A DNA stretch of 64,000 bases from Mesorhizobium amorphae (GCA_003240775.1 QFNI01000019.1:671-64670); one strand, 5' to 3'. Shown: positions 32,589 through 42,145, numbered from the stretch's first letter. The notes: generated by a model from the letters alone, not told the origin. Numbers and translations are program-made.

Positions 32589-33514
32589 ACACCGAGACCA
32601 TCCTTCTTTTTGCCGGTCTGCTCGGCGTGCTGACGCTGGCGAGCACGGTCTCCGGCATCCTGTCCGCCCGCGCCGGCACCCCGAGCCCGGTGCTGCAGAA
32701 CCTGTCCGAGCGCATCAAGGCGTGGTGGGCGATGGCAGCACTCCTGGCGCTCGCCGTGGCGCTCGGCCCAAAGGGGGTGATCGTGCTCTTCGCGCTCGTC
32801 TCGTTTGCGGCGATGCGCGAGTTCATGACCCTGTCCAACACCCGCCGCGCCGACCACTGGGTGTTGCTCGCCATGTTCGGCGTGGTGCTGCCCGTGCAGT
32901 ACTGGCTGGTCTGGACGAACTGGTACGGCCTCTTCGCCGTCTTCGTGCCCGTCTGGTGCTTCCTGTTCATGCCAGCTCTCACCGTTTTGCGCGGCGACAC
33001 GGAGAATTTCCTGTTCCGCGTGTCCGAGCAGCAGTGGGGCGTGATGGCGACGGTCTACTGCCTGAGCCATGTGGCAGCACTCGCGACCCTGCCGATTCCC
33101 GGCTTCGAGGGCAGGCAGGTGCTGCTTGTCGCTTTCCTGCTCGTCGTGGTGCAGGGCAGCGACGTTCTCCAGTATATCGCAGGCAAGCTCTTCGGCCGTA
33201 CCAAGATGGCGCCGGCGGTCTCGCCCTCCAAGACCTGGGAAGGCCTCGTCGGCGGCTTGGGCGGTGCGACCCTGCTGGGTGCCGGGCTATGGTGGCTGAC
33301 CCCGTTCTCGCCCTGGCAGGCGGCGCTCGTCGCGCTTGCGGCCTGCCTGATGGGCACGATCGGCGGGCTCGTCGCATCCGCCATCAAGCGCGATCGCGGC
33401 GTCAAGGATTGGGGCAGCCTGATCGAAGGCCATGGCGGCATGATGGACCGCGTGGACAGCCTCGTCTTCGCCGCTCCCGTCTTCTTCCACCTCGTCCGCT
33501 ACAACTGGGTGTGA
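32585..33514 (+). CDS. Phosphatidate cytidylyltransferase (YnbB/CdsA family)
   Basis: SPSKTWEG and SAIKRDRGVKDWG..GHGGMMDRVDS. Confidence 0.92.
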   Translation: MNTETILLFAGLLGVLTLASTVSGILSARAGTPSPVLQNLSERIKAWWAMAALLALAVALGPKGVIVLFALVSFAAMREFMTLSNTRRADHWVLLAMFGVVLPVQYWLVWTNWYGLFAVFVPVWCFLFMPALTVLRGDTENFLFRVSEQQWGVMATVYCLSHVAALATLPIPGFEGRQVLLVAFLLVVVQGSDVLQYIAGKLFGRTKMAPAVSPSKTWEGLVGGLGGATLLGAGLWWLTPFSPWQAALVALAACLMGTIGGLVASAIKRDRGVKDWGSLIEGHGGMMDRVDSLVFAAPVFFHLVRYNWV

Positions 33515-33515
33515 C

Positions 33516-33971
33516 CTATTCGGTGATAACGATCGAAGTGTTGGCGAGGCCCACCGTCTCCACCAGCGTGAAGAAATCCTCGGCATTGTCGGGATGGAGC
33601 CGGATGCATCCATGCGACGCAGGGCGGCCGAGTTTGCGCAGGGCGTCCGTCGCATGGATCGCATACCCCTCGTGGAAGAACACGGAGTGCGGCATGGGCG
33701 CGTTGTCGTATTTGCGCGAATGCCACATCGGGTGGAGCCGGGTCGGCCGGAACGAGCCCGTGGGCGTCCGGTAGCCCTTGGCGCCCGTGGAGACCTTCCA
33801 CTCAAAGGCGGGGCGGCCATCCACGCTCACCACCATGCGCTGACGGGCTAGGCTCACTTCGGCCACCATCGCGCCCGCCGCATGAGCCTGATCCGACCAG
33901 CACACGATGGCCACCGCCACGCTGCCGATCACCGCCATGTCCATCAGCACGTTCGCCATTTCCTTCAGCAT
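33516..33971 (-). CDS. L,D-transpeptidase (YkuD family)
   Basis: VSTG, TPTG and AIHAT..LGRPASHGCIRL. Confidence 0.92.
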   Translation of the reverse strand: MLKEMANVLMDMAVIGSVAVAIVCWSDQAHAAGAMVAEVSLARQRMVVSVDGRPAFEWKVSTGAKGYRTPTGSFRPTRLHPMWHSRKYDNAPMPHSVFFHEGYAIHATDALRKLGRPASHGCIRLHPDNAEDFFTLVETVGLANTSIVITE

Positions 33972-34216
33972 CGTCTTCCCCTCTTTCCAGGATTTTCCTG
34001 ACGTCTTGTCGGGCCGCCTTCTGAGGGGTCTGCGTTTCCTCCGGTCTTTGCGAAACTGCCCGCGCGTTTCGTTTCGGTTTCGGATTTCGCCTTCACGTCT
34101 CCGATTGAAACGAAAACGCGCGTCGATCGAACGTCGCAGGCATCCGGCCGTTACGCAGCGCAGTCAGAAGGCTGATGTCGGACAACGATCCGACAACGAG
34201 GATGGGGTCCAACCAC

Positions 34217-34372
34217 ATGAAACGCACTTTCGCCGCTTCTCTGATTTCCACGCTTCTTTATGCGCAGGCGCTTCTGGCCTTCGCGGGCGTGGCATCCGTG
34301 CTGCTGAAGGATCAAGCACCCGCAAGCATCGAGCTTGCCGCCAGCGACGACGCTCCGAGCGTGCTGCGCTGA
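34217..34372 (+). CDS. Small secreted/membrane hypothetical protein (51 aa)
   Basis: MKR followed by a hydrophobic helix; lies between divergent/convergent genes without overlap. Confidence 0.5.
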   Translation: MKRTFAASLISTLLYAQALLAFAGVASVLLKDQAPASIELAASDDAPSVLR

Positions 34373-34378
34373 GCGGGA

Positions 34379-35083
34379 TCAGCTTTCGCGTGCCGCACCC
34401 TTGGATGCTCGCGGCGGGTCAAACCGATAGCCGCTGCCACGCACCGTTGCGATGGTTTCCGTGTCGAGCTTGCGCCGCAGGCGCGCGATGCGGGAATCGA
34501 TCGACCGGTCGAAGGCGTCCGTGTCCTCGGCTGGAGCTGCAGCGATGATGTCCTCGCGCGACAAGACCATGCTTGGCCGCTCGGCGAACAGCCGCAGAAG
34601 CGTGACCTGCCCCGGCGACAGGCTCTCCTCCCGGCCCGAGCGGTGCATCACGAGCGCCGCCGAAAGATCGACCGTGGAGTTCTCGAGCATCATGAGGTCC
34701 CCCCCGCGCAGGCCGAGCCGGGCGGCAAGCCGCCCCAGACGCGCGGCGAGTTCGCGCGGAACGATGTCGAGGGGCACGAAGTCCGCCGCACCCGCTTCGA
34801 GCGCGAGCACCTTCTCCACCATGTCCTCGTCGCGGCCGACCAGCACGAAGAGCGGGGCTGCGCCATGGCGGTCCATGCGAAGCATGTCCAGCGCTTCCGT
34901 GCTTGAGAGCGCGGGGCCGAGCACAGCGAGGTCGATCCGCTTCTCCGCGATGAGCCGCTCCGCGCCCCAAACGCTCGGCGCGCGCTCCACCACGAAGCCG
35001 CGCCGCTCGAGGTGGTCGCCCATCCCGCGCTCGCCTTCGTCTTCCCAACCGATCAGTGCGATGGCCGCACGTCTCACCGCCAT
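34379..35083 (-). CDS. OmpR-family response regulator with atypical (pseudo) receiver
   Basis: Winged helix FDRSIDSRIARLRRKL..TVRGSGY; receiver reads DLAVLG and DFVPLD; GAGGAG RBS. Confidence 0.85.
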   Translation of the reverse strand: MAVRRAAIALIGWEDEGERGMGDHLERRGFVVERAPSVWGAERLIAEKRIDLAVLGPALSSTEALDMLRMDRHGAAPLFVLVGRDEDMVEKVLALEAGAADFVPLDIVPRELAARLGRLAARLGLRGGDLMMLENSTVDLSAALVMHRSGREESLSPGQVTLLRLFAERPSMVLSREDIIAAAPAEDTDAFDRSIDSRIARLRRKLDTETIATVRGSGYRFDPPRASKGAARES

Positions 35084-35167
35084 CTCCTCGTCGAACAGCC
35101 AAGAACAAGCCTGGACAAGATGTTTCCTTCCCATCTAACGTCCGCCGCGAGCGGAAAAGAGGCCGGC

Positions 35168-35884
35168 GTGCGGGCACGGATCGCCATTGTCGAGGATGAA
35201 CCCGACCTTCGGGAAGCCGTCGCCGAATATTTGGAGGCCAACGGCTTCCAAGTATTCGCCGCCGAGAATGCCGCCGAGATGCGAAAGCTGGCGGAACGCG
35301 AATCCTTCCACTTGGCAATACTCGACATTGCCATGCCTGGCGAGGACGGCTTGTCGCTCGGGCGCTGGCTCCGCACGCAGATGCCGCTCGGCATCATCTT
35401 CGCCACAGCCGCCGGCACCTCGCTCGACCGCATCGTGGGCCTGGAGCTGGGCGCCGACGATTATGTGGTGAAGCCCTTCGAGCTTCGCGAGCTTCTGGCG
35501 CGCGTGCGCAGCGTCCTGCGCCGCGTGCCCGCGGAAGCCGCCTCCCTGCCGCAAGGAAATGCGCCCGAAAGACACGCGCGCCGCACCATGAGCTTTGGCG
35601 CCTTCGAAGCGGATTTCGAGGGCCGTCGCCTGACCGGTCCGGATGGCGCCACCGTGGAGCTGGCCAAAAGCGAGTTCGACGTTCTGGAAGTGTTTTTGTC
35701 GCGGCCCAACAGGCTCTTGTCGCGCGCCACCGTGCTTCAGGCCATCGGGCTCGACGACGAGGCGGACACCTCGCGCGCGCTCGACATCCGCATCATGCGC
35801 TTGCGCAAGAAGATCGAGCCCGACCCCAGCACGCCGCGCTTTCTGCGCACGGTGCGGGGCGAAGGCTACATCTTCTCTCTATGA
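35168..35884 (+). CDS. OmpR-family response regulator
   Basis: VEDE, ILDIAMPG, GADDYVVKPF and RTVRGEGY. Confidence 0.93.
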   Translation: MRARIAIVEDEPDLREAVAEYLEANGFQVFAAENAAEMRKLAERESFHLAILDIAMPGEDGLSLGRWLRTQMPLGIIFATAAGTSLDRIVGLELGADDYVVKPFELRELLARVRSVLRRVPAEAASLPQGNAPERHARRTMSFGAFEADFEGRRLTGPDGATVELAKSEFDVLEVFLSRPNRLLSRATVLQAIGLDDEADTSRALDIRIMRLRKKIEPDPSTPRFLRTVRGEGYIFSL

Positions 35885-35968
35885 TGTGATGCGATCTGTT
35901 GCAGAAAGAGCGCCACAACCAATGGTGTTCGGCAGTATAGCACAAGCAACGACGGGGGTCGGAGCGAC

Positions 35969-38038
35969 ATGCTGGGGAGCGACTGGCAGGGGGGAGAGCA
36001 CGAGGACGGGCTGACCGCGCAGACGGCAGCCTTCGTCCATGTGATGCGTGGCGAGGACTGGCGGGAAAAGCTTCCCACAGCACTGGGCCGCTTTGCGAGC
36101 GCGCTGGACTGCCAGCGCGCGGTGGTGTTCCGCCTGGAAGACACCAAAGACAAGGGCTTCATGCAGCTCATCGAGGCGTTGTGGAGCGATCCCGACACCG
36201 CTGTGGGCTGCGAGCGGCCGACCGAAATCCTGCAGGAAACCGTGGTCAGCGATCCGCTCCTGCGCGACATCGCGACCCGCGGCCGGCACGGCACGGCCTT
36301 CCAGGGTCACACGGACGAGCTTTCGGGCTTTCTGCGCGGCGATTTCGAGCGCCAGGGCATCAAGTCGTTCCTGTCGCCCACCATCTTCGCCAACGGGCAT
36401 CTCTGGGGCTCGATCGCGATCAACGACTGCGAGAAGCGCCGAGAGTGGACGCCCGACGAGTTCGCCGCGATGGAACTCGCGGCAATCGCGATCGGCAACG
36501 CGGTGGAGCGCTCTTCGTCGGACGCCCATGTGAGCGAAGTGATCCGCGCAGCCCTCATTCACGGCGCACTGGACGGCGTGATCGTCACCGACGAGGTCGG
36601 CAACATCATCGAGTTCAACCCGGCCGCCGAGCGAATCTACGGCTGGAAGAAGGAGGATGTGCTCGGCAAGGACTTGCTGCACATCCTGATCCCGCCCTTC
36701 TACCGCTCGGGCTATTCGTCGGGTGGCGACTACATGGCAGGCCGCGGCGCGCCGATGCTCGGCCGCCGCATGGAAACCGTGACCACCCACCGCAGCGGCG
36801 AGATCTTCCCGATCGAACTGACGGCCTCCCTCGTGCATGTGGCCGGGCGCCGCCTGATGATCGGCTCGATCCGCGACCTCCGCCCCCAGCGCGAGGCAGA
36901 AGGCGAGATCGACCGCCAGCGCGAGCGGCTGCACCAGAACGAGAAGATGGCGGCCATGGGCTCGCTTCTCGCGGGCGTGAGCCACGAGCTGAACAACCCG
37001 CTCGCCGTGGTGGTGGCCCAGAGCACGCTGCTCCACGAGTTTGCCGCCGATCCGCAAACCAAGCTGCGCGCCGAAAAGGTCCGCGCGGCGGCCGAGCGCT
37101 GCGGGCGCATCGTCAAGAGCTTCCTGGGCATGGTGCGCCTGCGCCCGCCCGCGCAGGCCAACACCGACCTCAACGCCGTGGTGCGCGCAGCACTAGAAGT
37201 GACGGCTTACGGCGCGCGATCGAGCGGCATCGGCATCAGCACTGAGTTCTCACCCGAAAGTCTGCTCGTCACCGGCGATTCCGACCATCTGACGCAAGTG
37301 GTCGCGAACTTCCTCGTCAACAGCCAGCACGCGCTTGCCGCCCAGACGGGGGAGCGGCGCATCAAGGTTCGCACTTTCCACACCGGCGAACGCTGCGGCT
37401 TCTCGGTGGAGGACAACGGGCCGGGCGTGCCGCCGTCGATCCGCGAGCGGATCTTCGAGTCCTACTTCACGACGAAGCCGGTCGGGGTGGGAACAGGCAT
37501 CGGCCTTTCCATCTCGCGCTCCATCATTGAGCGGCACAATGGCAAGATTTGGCTGGAAGAGATTGCCCCGCAAGGTGCTCGCTTCGTGGTCGAGCTGCCC
37601 TCCCAGCGCCGAGCGAATGTGGACGAAGCAGCCACCCGCCCCGTCTCCAAAGGTCTGCACCACGCGCTCATCATCGACGACGAGCCCGATGTGGCCGGCG
37701 CACTGGCCGACATCCTGGAGCTGATGGGGGTGAAATCGCGCACCGTCACCGCTTGGACGAACGCCGCCGACATGGTGGAGGACCGGCCCACCGACATCGT
37801 GTTCTCCGACCTGCGCATGCCCGGAATCGATGGCGCCTCGATCTACCGCGCGCTTCTGGAGCGCCGCCCCGATCTCGCGCGACGCTTCGTTCTGGTGACG
37901 GGCGATCTGTTGGGCGCGCGCGCCGAGGTCGACATGTTGCCGCCTGCCCTTCGCCCGCATATCCTGGAGAAACCGTTCTCCACGCTCGACGTGCGCGGCA
38001 TCCTGATCGCGGTGGGTGATCAGAGCGTGAGCGGCTGA
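35969..38038 (+). CDS. GAF-PAS hybrid sensor histidine kinase
   Basis: GAF, PAS (FNPAAE), H box SHELNNP, GTGIGL and a C-terminal receiver (SDLRMP). Confidence 0.92.
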   Translation: MLGSDWQGGEHEDGLTAQTAAFVHVMRGEDWREKLPTALGRFASALDCQRAVVFRLEDTKDKGFMQLIEALWSDPDTAVGCERPTEILQETVVSDPLLRDIATRGRHGTAFQGHTDELSGFLRGDFERQGIKSFLSPTIFANGHLWGSIAINDCEKRREWTPDEFAAMELAAIAIGNAVERSSSDAHVSEVIRAALIHGALDGVIVTDEVGNIIEFNPAAERIYGWKKEDVLGKDLLHILIPPFYRSGYSSGGDYMAGRGAPMLGRRMETVTTHRSGEIFPIELTASLVHVAGRRLMIGSIRDLRPQREAEGEIDRQRERLHQNEKMAAMGSLLAGVSHELNNPLAVVVAQSTLLHEFAADPQTKLRAEKVRAAAERCGRIVKSFLGMVRLRPPAQANTDLNAVVRAALEVTAYGARSSGIGISTEFSPESLLVTGDSDHLTQVVANFLVNSQHALAAQTGERRIKVRTFHTGERCGFSVEDNGPGVPPSIRERIFESYFTTKPVGVGTGIGLSISRSIIERHNGKIWLEEIAPQGARFVVELPSQRRANVDEAATRPVSKGLHHALIIDDEPDVAGALADILELMGVKSRTVTAWTNAADMVEDRPTDIVFSDLRMPGIDGASIYRALLERRPDLARRFVLVTGDLLGARAEVDMLPPALRPHILEKPFSTLDVRGILIAVGDQSVSG

Positions 38039-38054
38039 CGCGACATCAACAACG

Positions 38055-38087
38055 AAAAAAGGCCCGCGCGGTTGGCGCGGGCCTCTT
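38055..38087. terminator. Intrinsic terminator between convergent genes
   Basis: AAAAAA-GGCCCGCGC-loop-GCGCGGGCC-TCTT. Confidence 0.75.
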
Positions 38088-38110
38088 CGATTCAGCCTTG
38101 GGCCGAAAGC

Positions 38111-39058
38111 TTACTGCACGATGATGCGCTGCTGCTCACGCTCGGTGGCGTAGGTGCCGGCGTCATAGGCGGGCTGCGCCTCGAGCTGCTCCTTCGTGAA
38201 GTTGGTGTAGAGATAGCGGTTGTTGTTGGCGTCCTGCATGAATGCAAGGCTGTCCATGCCGACCGCGACCTGCTTGGCACCGATCCCGAGGAAGCCGCCG
38301 ACATCGATCAGCACGGCGTCGACCTGGCCATCCGCCGTCAGCACGATATCGCCGATGGAGCCGACATTCGAGTCGTTCGCACCGTAGACCGTGGTGCCTA
38401 CGAGGTTCTCAGCGGTGAGGTTCGCCGCGGGAACTTCGGTCAGCGTGGTGCGGTCGATCGCAGCCGTCTGCGTGGCGTCGGTGCCAGCAGCGGTCGTGTC
38501 GGTTGCCATCGTGCCGGCCGGAGCGGTGGTCGCGGCGGGTGCCGTCGTCGTCACTGCCGGATCAGTCGCCGCCGGGGCCATGCCGCCCGCGGTGGTGGTG
38601 TCGGTGTTCATCGCGGTGGTCGCGACGGGCGCCGGGCCGTAGATCGAGCGGTCGAACGACGGCAGAGCCTCGAGCGATTCGCGCGTTGCGGCCGAGACCA
38701 GCCAACGATCACCGTCGCGCTCGTTCCAGGTCAGTTCGCCGAAGTTGATGGCGACGTTCTTCTGGCCGATGCCGAGGAAGCCGCCGACGCCCACGATCAC
38801 GGACTCGATCTGGCCGGCATCGCTGACGACGAGGTCGTTCACGTCACCGATCTTCTCGGCGTTCTCGCCGGCACCGTTGTAGACGTTCTCGCCGATCAGG
38901 TTGCTGGCGAGATGGCCGTTGGGGGCTGCGACTTCAGTGGCGCCCGTGGTCGCCGCCGGAGCGGTCGTGGCGGGGGCCGTGGTGGTTGCTTCCTGAGCAT
39001 AGGCGCCGGTCGCGAGCAGGGTCGCGAACGCGGTGGTAGCCAAAAGCTTGCGGATCAT
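38111..39058 (-). CDS. Periplasmic tandem PRC-barrel protein
   Basis: Signal peptide; two repeats of L.G..VY..IGD....GGFLGIG.K.VA joined by a Thr/Ala-rich linker. Confidence 0.9.
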   Translation of the reverse strand: MIRKLLATTAFATLLATGAYAQEATTTAPATTAPAATTGATEVAAPNGHLASNLIGENVYNGAGENAEKIGDVNDLVVSDAGQIESVIVGVGGFLGIGQKNVAINFGELTWNERDGDRWLVSAATRESLEALPSFDRSIYGPAPVATTAMNTDTTTAGGMAPAATDPAVTTTAPAATTAPAGTMATDTTAAGTDATQTAAIDRTTLTEVPAANLTAENLVGTTVYGANDSNVGSIGDIVLTADGQVDAVLIDVGGFLGIGAKQVAVGMDSLAFMQDANNNRYLYTNFTKEQLEAQPAYDAGTYATEREQQRIIVQ

Positions 39059-39147
39059 GATATTTTCTCCTCGTGCGTGGATAATGCACCGCCGCGTCGG
39101 GCGAGACCGTGGAAGGGACAAACTCGACGCGGCGTTTACGGTCGGAC

Positions 39148-39172
39148 AACGAATCCCCCCTGCTTGGGTTCC
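39148..39172 (-). promoter_or_regulatory. Sigma-EcfG promoter (PRC-barrel gene)
   Basis: GGAAC-N16-CGTT on the minus strand. Confidence 0.8.
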
Positions 39173-39239
39173 CAGGCTTTTGCCTCGAACGGCCTGTTTC
39201 TGGGCTTCGACTTCCCATCTCCTCGCAGTTCGCAAATGC

Positions 39240-39270
39240 AAAAAACCCCCGCAGCGGAGTGCGAGGGCTT
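39240..39270 (-). terminator. Intrinsic terminator after the small ORF 39300-39470
   Basis: Minus strand CCCTCGCA-loop-TGCGGGGG followed by a U tract. Confidence 0.6.
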
Positions 39271-39299
39271 GAAACCTTTTGCAGTGGAAACCTGAAGCC

Positions 39300-39470
39300 T
39301 CAGGAGGTCGAAGTTTCCAGCTGCGTCGGCTGGTTGCTGATCGCCTGACCGTAGTTTTCGGCGATGAACCATGCGATCGCGGCCAGGATCAGGGCGGAGA
39401 CCAAGATGATGAGGACCTTGGACCCTTTGCGCCCCTGACGTGCGCGTTCCTCATTGACGATCTTGGACAA
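39300..39470 (-). CDS. Small single-TM protein, 56 aa (not in the ORF track)
   Basis: TTG start after AAGGAG; MSKIVNEERARQGRKGSKVLIILVSALILAAIAWFIAENYGQAISNQPTQLETSTS; own promoter and terminator. Confidence 0.75.
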   Translation of the reverse strand: MSKIVNEERARQGRKGSKVLIILVSALILAAIAWFIAENYGQAISNQPTQLETSTS

Positions 39471-39514
39471 TGCGCTTCTCCTTCAAGCGGCGACCATTCG
39501 CAGCTTCCCCATGG

Positions 39515-39539
39515 AATGCGCTTGCCCGTTCCAGGTTCC
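39515..39539 (-). promoter_or_regulatory. Sigma-EcfG-like promoter (small ORF)
   Basis: GGAAC-N16-CATT. Confidence 0.6.
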
Positions 39540-39624
39540 TTGCCTAACACGCTCGGGTCGCGGGAAAAGACGGGCGCAGCGGCCGGCGATCTGCGCCACC
39601 GCCAAAGCTGGAGCCGCAAAACTG

Positions 39625-41085
39625 GTGTTGCCACCTGACGAGCAGAAGCCGCATGACGCCTTGCCGCCGGAGCCCGCTCGCTCCGCCGACGAAGCGGCGG
39701 CATCTGCGGGGCAGGAGGACCAGGAGCTCGCTCGGATAGCCGCGCTCGCGGCATCGCTGTTCGGCGCGCGAGATGCGGTGTTCGTGGCGCGGGATGGAAT
39801 GGTTGCGGGCATGCCTGAAGCGCCATCCTCCTACTCGGTCTTTGCCCGCCATGTGATCGCGGAAGGGGAAGCCTTGTCCGCAGCAGACGTTTCCACGTCG
39901 CCTCGCCTCGCCTCCCTGCTCGATGAGCCCGGCTTCCACTTTTGCGCCGGCGTGCCCGTTATCCACCACGGCAAACCGCTGGGCGCGCTATGCGTCTTCG
40001 ACCCCCTGCCCCGCCCGGTGGAAGCGACGGCACTCGCACAGCTTCGCCTGCTTGGCGGTGTCGCGGCCGACCTTCTTCATTCCCGGCAGGCCTCCCTTTC
40101 GGGCCAGGCAGCGCTTCAGCGCGAAGAGCAGCGGCGCGGCATCGCGCTCCAGGCGGCGGGGCTCGCAAGCTGGGTCTGGGATTTCCGCCACCACGAGATC
40201 GAGTGCGACCCGCTTCTTCCCATGCTCTTCGGCCTCAAGCCCGCGACCCGCGTGCGGGCGCGAACCTTGTTCGCCAACATCGACCGGCGCGACCTGCGCA
40301 ATGCGCGTGCCCGCTTTCGCGAGGCGGTGAACGGGGCGGGCGAGTATGAAGGCGAGTATCGCGTGCGCCCCGACCCAGCTGCGCCGCCGCGCTGGCTTAT
40401 GGCGCGCGGACGCGTGGTGGAGCGCAACGCGCAGGGCCATCCCCTCCTGGTGTTCGGCGTCAACCAGGACGTGACCGAGCGCAAATCCATCGAGGAGCGG
40501 CAGAAGCTCCTGCTGCGCGAGATCAACCATCGCGTGAAGAACACGCTCGCCACCGTTCAGGCACTCGCGAGCCAGACTGTGCGCCACGCGCGCCAGCCGC
40601 GCGAGTTCCTGGAGGCGTTCAGCGGGCGCCTTCAGGCCCTGGGCGCCGCGCACAATCTCCTGTCCGACGGTGAATGGCGTGGCATCGCGATGCGAGACCT
40701 CGTGGCGCTCGAAGTGCGGCCCTTCGAGGACCTAAACATGCCGCGCATCGAAACGGAAGGTCCCGATCTTATCCTGCCGCCGGATCAGGCGCTGGGACTT
40801 GGCCTCATCCTGCACGAGCTGGCGAGCAACGCCTTGAAATACGGCGCGCTGTCGGTGGGCGGCGGGCGGGTCTCTCTGCGCTGGCGCCTTGCACGCAAGC
40901 GGCTCCTGCTCGAATGGACGGAGCTCGGAGGACCGCGTGTGGAGCAGCCAAGCCAGCATGGCTTCGGCACGATTCTGATCCGGCGCAGCCTCGGCAAGGT
41001 GCTGGGAAGCACCGTCGAACACCGTTTCTTGCCAGACGGTGTGCAAGCCTCGATCAGCTTGCCGCTCGCCGACGAGGAAGACTGA
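39625..41085 (+). CDS. GAF-PAS HWE-family histidine kinase (start uncertain)
   Basis: EINHRVKN (HRxxN), HELASNALKYG and WTE. Confidence 0.88.
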   Translation: MLPPDEQKPHDALPPEPARSADEAAASAGQEDQELARIAALAASLFGARDAVFVARDGMVAGMPEAPSSYSVFARHVIAEGEALSAADVSTSPRLASLLDEPGFHFCAGVPVIHHGKPLGALCVFDPLPRPVEATALAQLRLLGGVAADLLHSRQASLSGQAALQREEQRRGIALQAAGLASWVWDFRHHEIECDPLLPMLFGLKPATRVRARTLFANIDRRDLRNARARFREAVNGAGEYEGEYRVRPDPAAPPRWLMARGRVVERNAQGHPLLVFGVNQDVTERKSIEERQKLLLREINHRVKNTLATVQALASQTVRHARQPREFLEAFSGRLQALGAAHNLLSDGEWRGIAMRDLVALEVRPFEDLNMPRIETEGPDLILPPDQALGLGLILHELASNALKYGALSVGGGRVSLRWRLARKRLLLEWTELGGPRVEQPSQHGFGTILIRRSLGKVLGSTVEHRFLPDGVQASISLPLADEED

Positions 41086-41187
41086 CGATCGCGCAAGTCA
41101 CGCGCTTTCGACCATGCCAGCGTCATAGTTAAATGACACTTGCCCGCCCAACCGCTCAGATCGAGCTTGCGGTGGAGTGATTCTATT

Positions 41188-41583
41188 TTGACAATCAATG
41201 CGCTCGAGGGCGCTCGCATCCTGCTTCTGGAAGACGAATTCCTGATCGCGATGGATGTCGAGCAGCTTTGCCGCGATCACGGCGCAGGCGAGGTGTCCGT
41301 CGTGCGCTCGCTCAGCCAGACCCAGGAGCGCAGCTTCCGTCCGGCCGATTTCGACGTGGCGATCATCGACGTGATGCTGGGCGGCGCGTCGTCTTTGTCG
41401 TTCGCCAACCGCCTGCGCGAGCACGCGGTGCCTTTCGTGTTCGCATCTGGCTATCCGACGGCCGACGAGGTGTTCTCAGCCTTTCCGGATGTCGCCGTGA
41501 TCAACAAGCCTTATGCGACCGAAGAGCTGATGGGCGCGGTCGCCCGCGCCTTCCGCTCCCGGCCGCAACCGGCCGGAAGCTGA
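41188..41583 (+). CDS. Single-domain response regulator (FATGUY-type)
   Basis: EDEFLIA, IIDV, FVFASGY and KPY. Confidence 0.88.
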   Translation: MTINALEGARILLLEDEFLIAMDVEQLCRDHGAGEVSVVRSLSQTQERSFRPADFDVAIIDVMLGGASSLSFANRLREHAVPFVFASGYPTADEVFSAFPDVAVINKPYATEELMGAVARAFRSRPQPAGS

Positions 41584-41596
41584 ACGGAGACGGTCC

Positions 41597-42145
41597 TCAG
41601 GCCGCGCTCGACCCCATCACCTGCGAGGCGATGGCGTCCGGCCCGTAGTCGGAGTCGCCCGAAATCTTCAGGATGTCCTGCAGACGCGTGCGCGCGCGGC
41701 TGACCCGGCTCTTGATGGTACCAACCGCGCAGTTGCAGATGTCTGCGGCCTCCTCATAGGAGAAACCCGACGCGCCGATCAGAATGATCGCCTCGCGTTG
41801 GTCTTCCGGCAGTTGTTCGAGCGCGTGGCGGAAATCCTTGAGGTCGAGCATGCCGTGCTGGGACGGATGCACGGCGAGCCGGCCCGTCATCACGCCATCG
41901 GTGTCCTGCACCTCGCGGCCACGCTTGCGCATCTGCGAGTAGAACTCGTTGCGCAGAATGGTGAAGAGCCAGGCCTTGAGGTTCGTGCCGGGCTGGAAGC
42001 TCTCGTGCTTGTCCCAGGCCTTGACCAGCGTCTCCTGGACGAGATCGTCGGCCTTGTCGGCATTCTGAGACAGCGAGACGGCGAAAGCTCTCAGGCTCGG
42101 GATCGCGCCGAGCAAGTCCTGCTTGAAACCGGGGGAAACGACCAT
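41597..42145 (-). CDS. ecfG: ECF sigma factor EcfG (RpoE2/SigT type)
   Basis: LRAFAVSL, DDLVQETL, FQPGTNLKAWLFTILRN and GTIKSRVSRAR; nepR/phyR context. Confidence 0.95.
   Translation of the reverse strand: MVVSPGFKQDLLGAIPSLRAFAVSLSQNADKADDLVQETLVKAWDKHESFQPGTNLKAWLFTILRNEFYSQMRKRGREVQDTDGVMTGRLAVHPSQHGMLDLKDFRHALEQLPEDQREAIILIGASGFSYEEAADICNCAVGTIKSRVSRARTRLQDILKISGDSDYGPDAIASQVMGSSAA

Noticed and set aside
38460..38990. Thr/Ala-rich repeated DNA as a repeat array or CRISPR
   Set aside because: Low-complexity coding linkers of the PRC-barrel protein; no repeat-spacer structure and no cas genes
39454..39624. N-terminal extension of the HWE kinase in the ORF track
   Set aside because: It overlaps the RBS, start and promoter of a better-supported minus-strand small gene
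41122..41137. GTCAT-N6-ATGAC palindrome before the single-domain regulator
   Set aside because: Only 5-bp arms and a single occurrence noticed, so chance cannot be excluded
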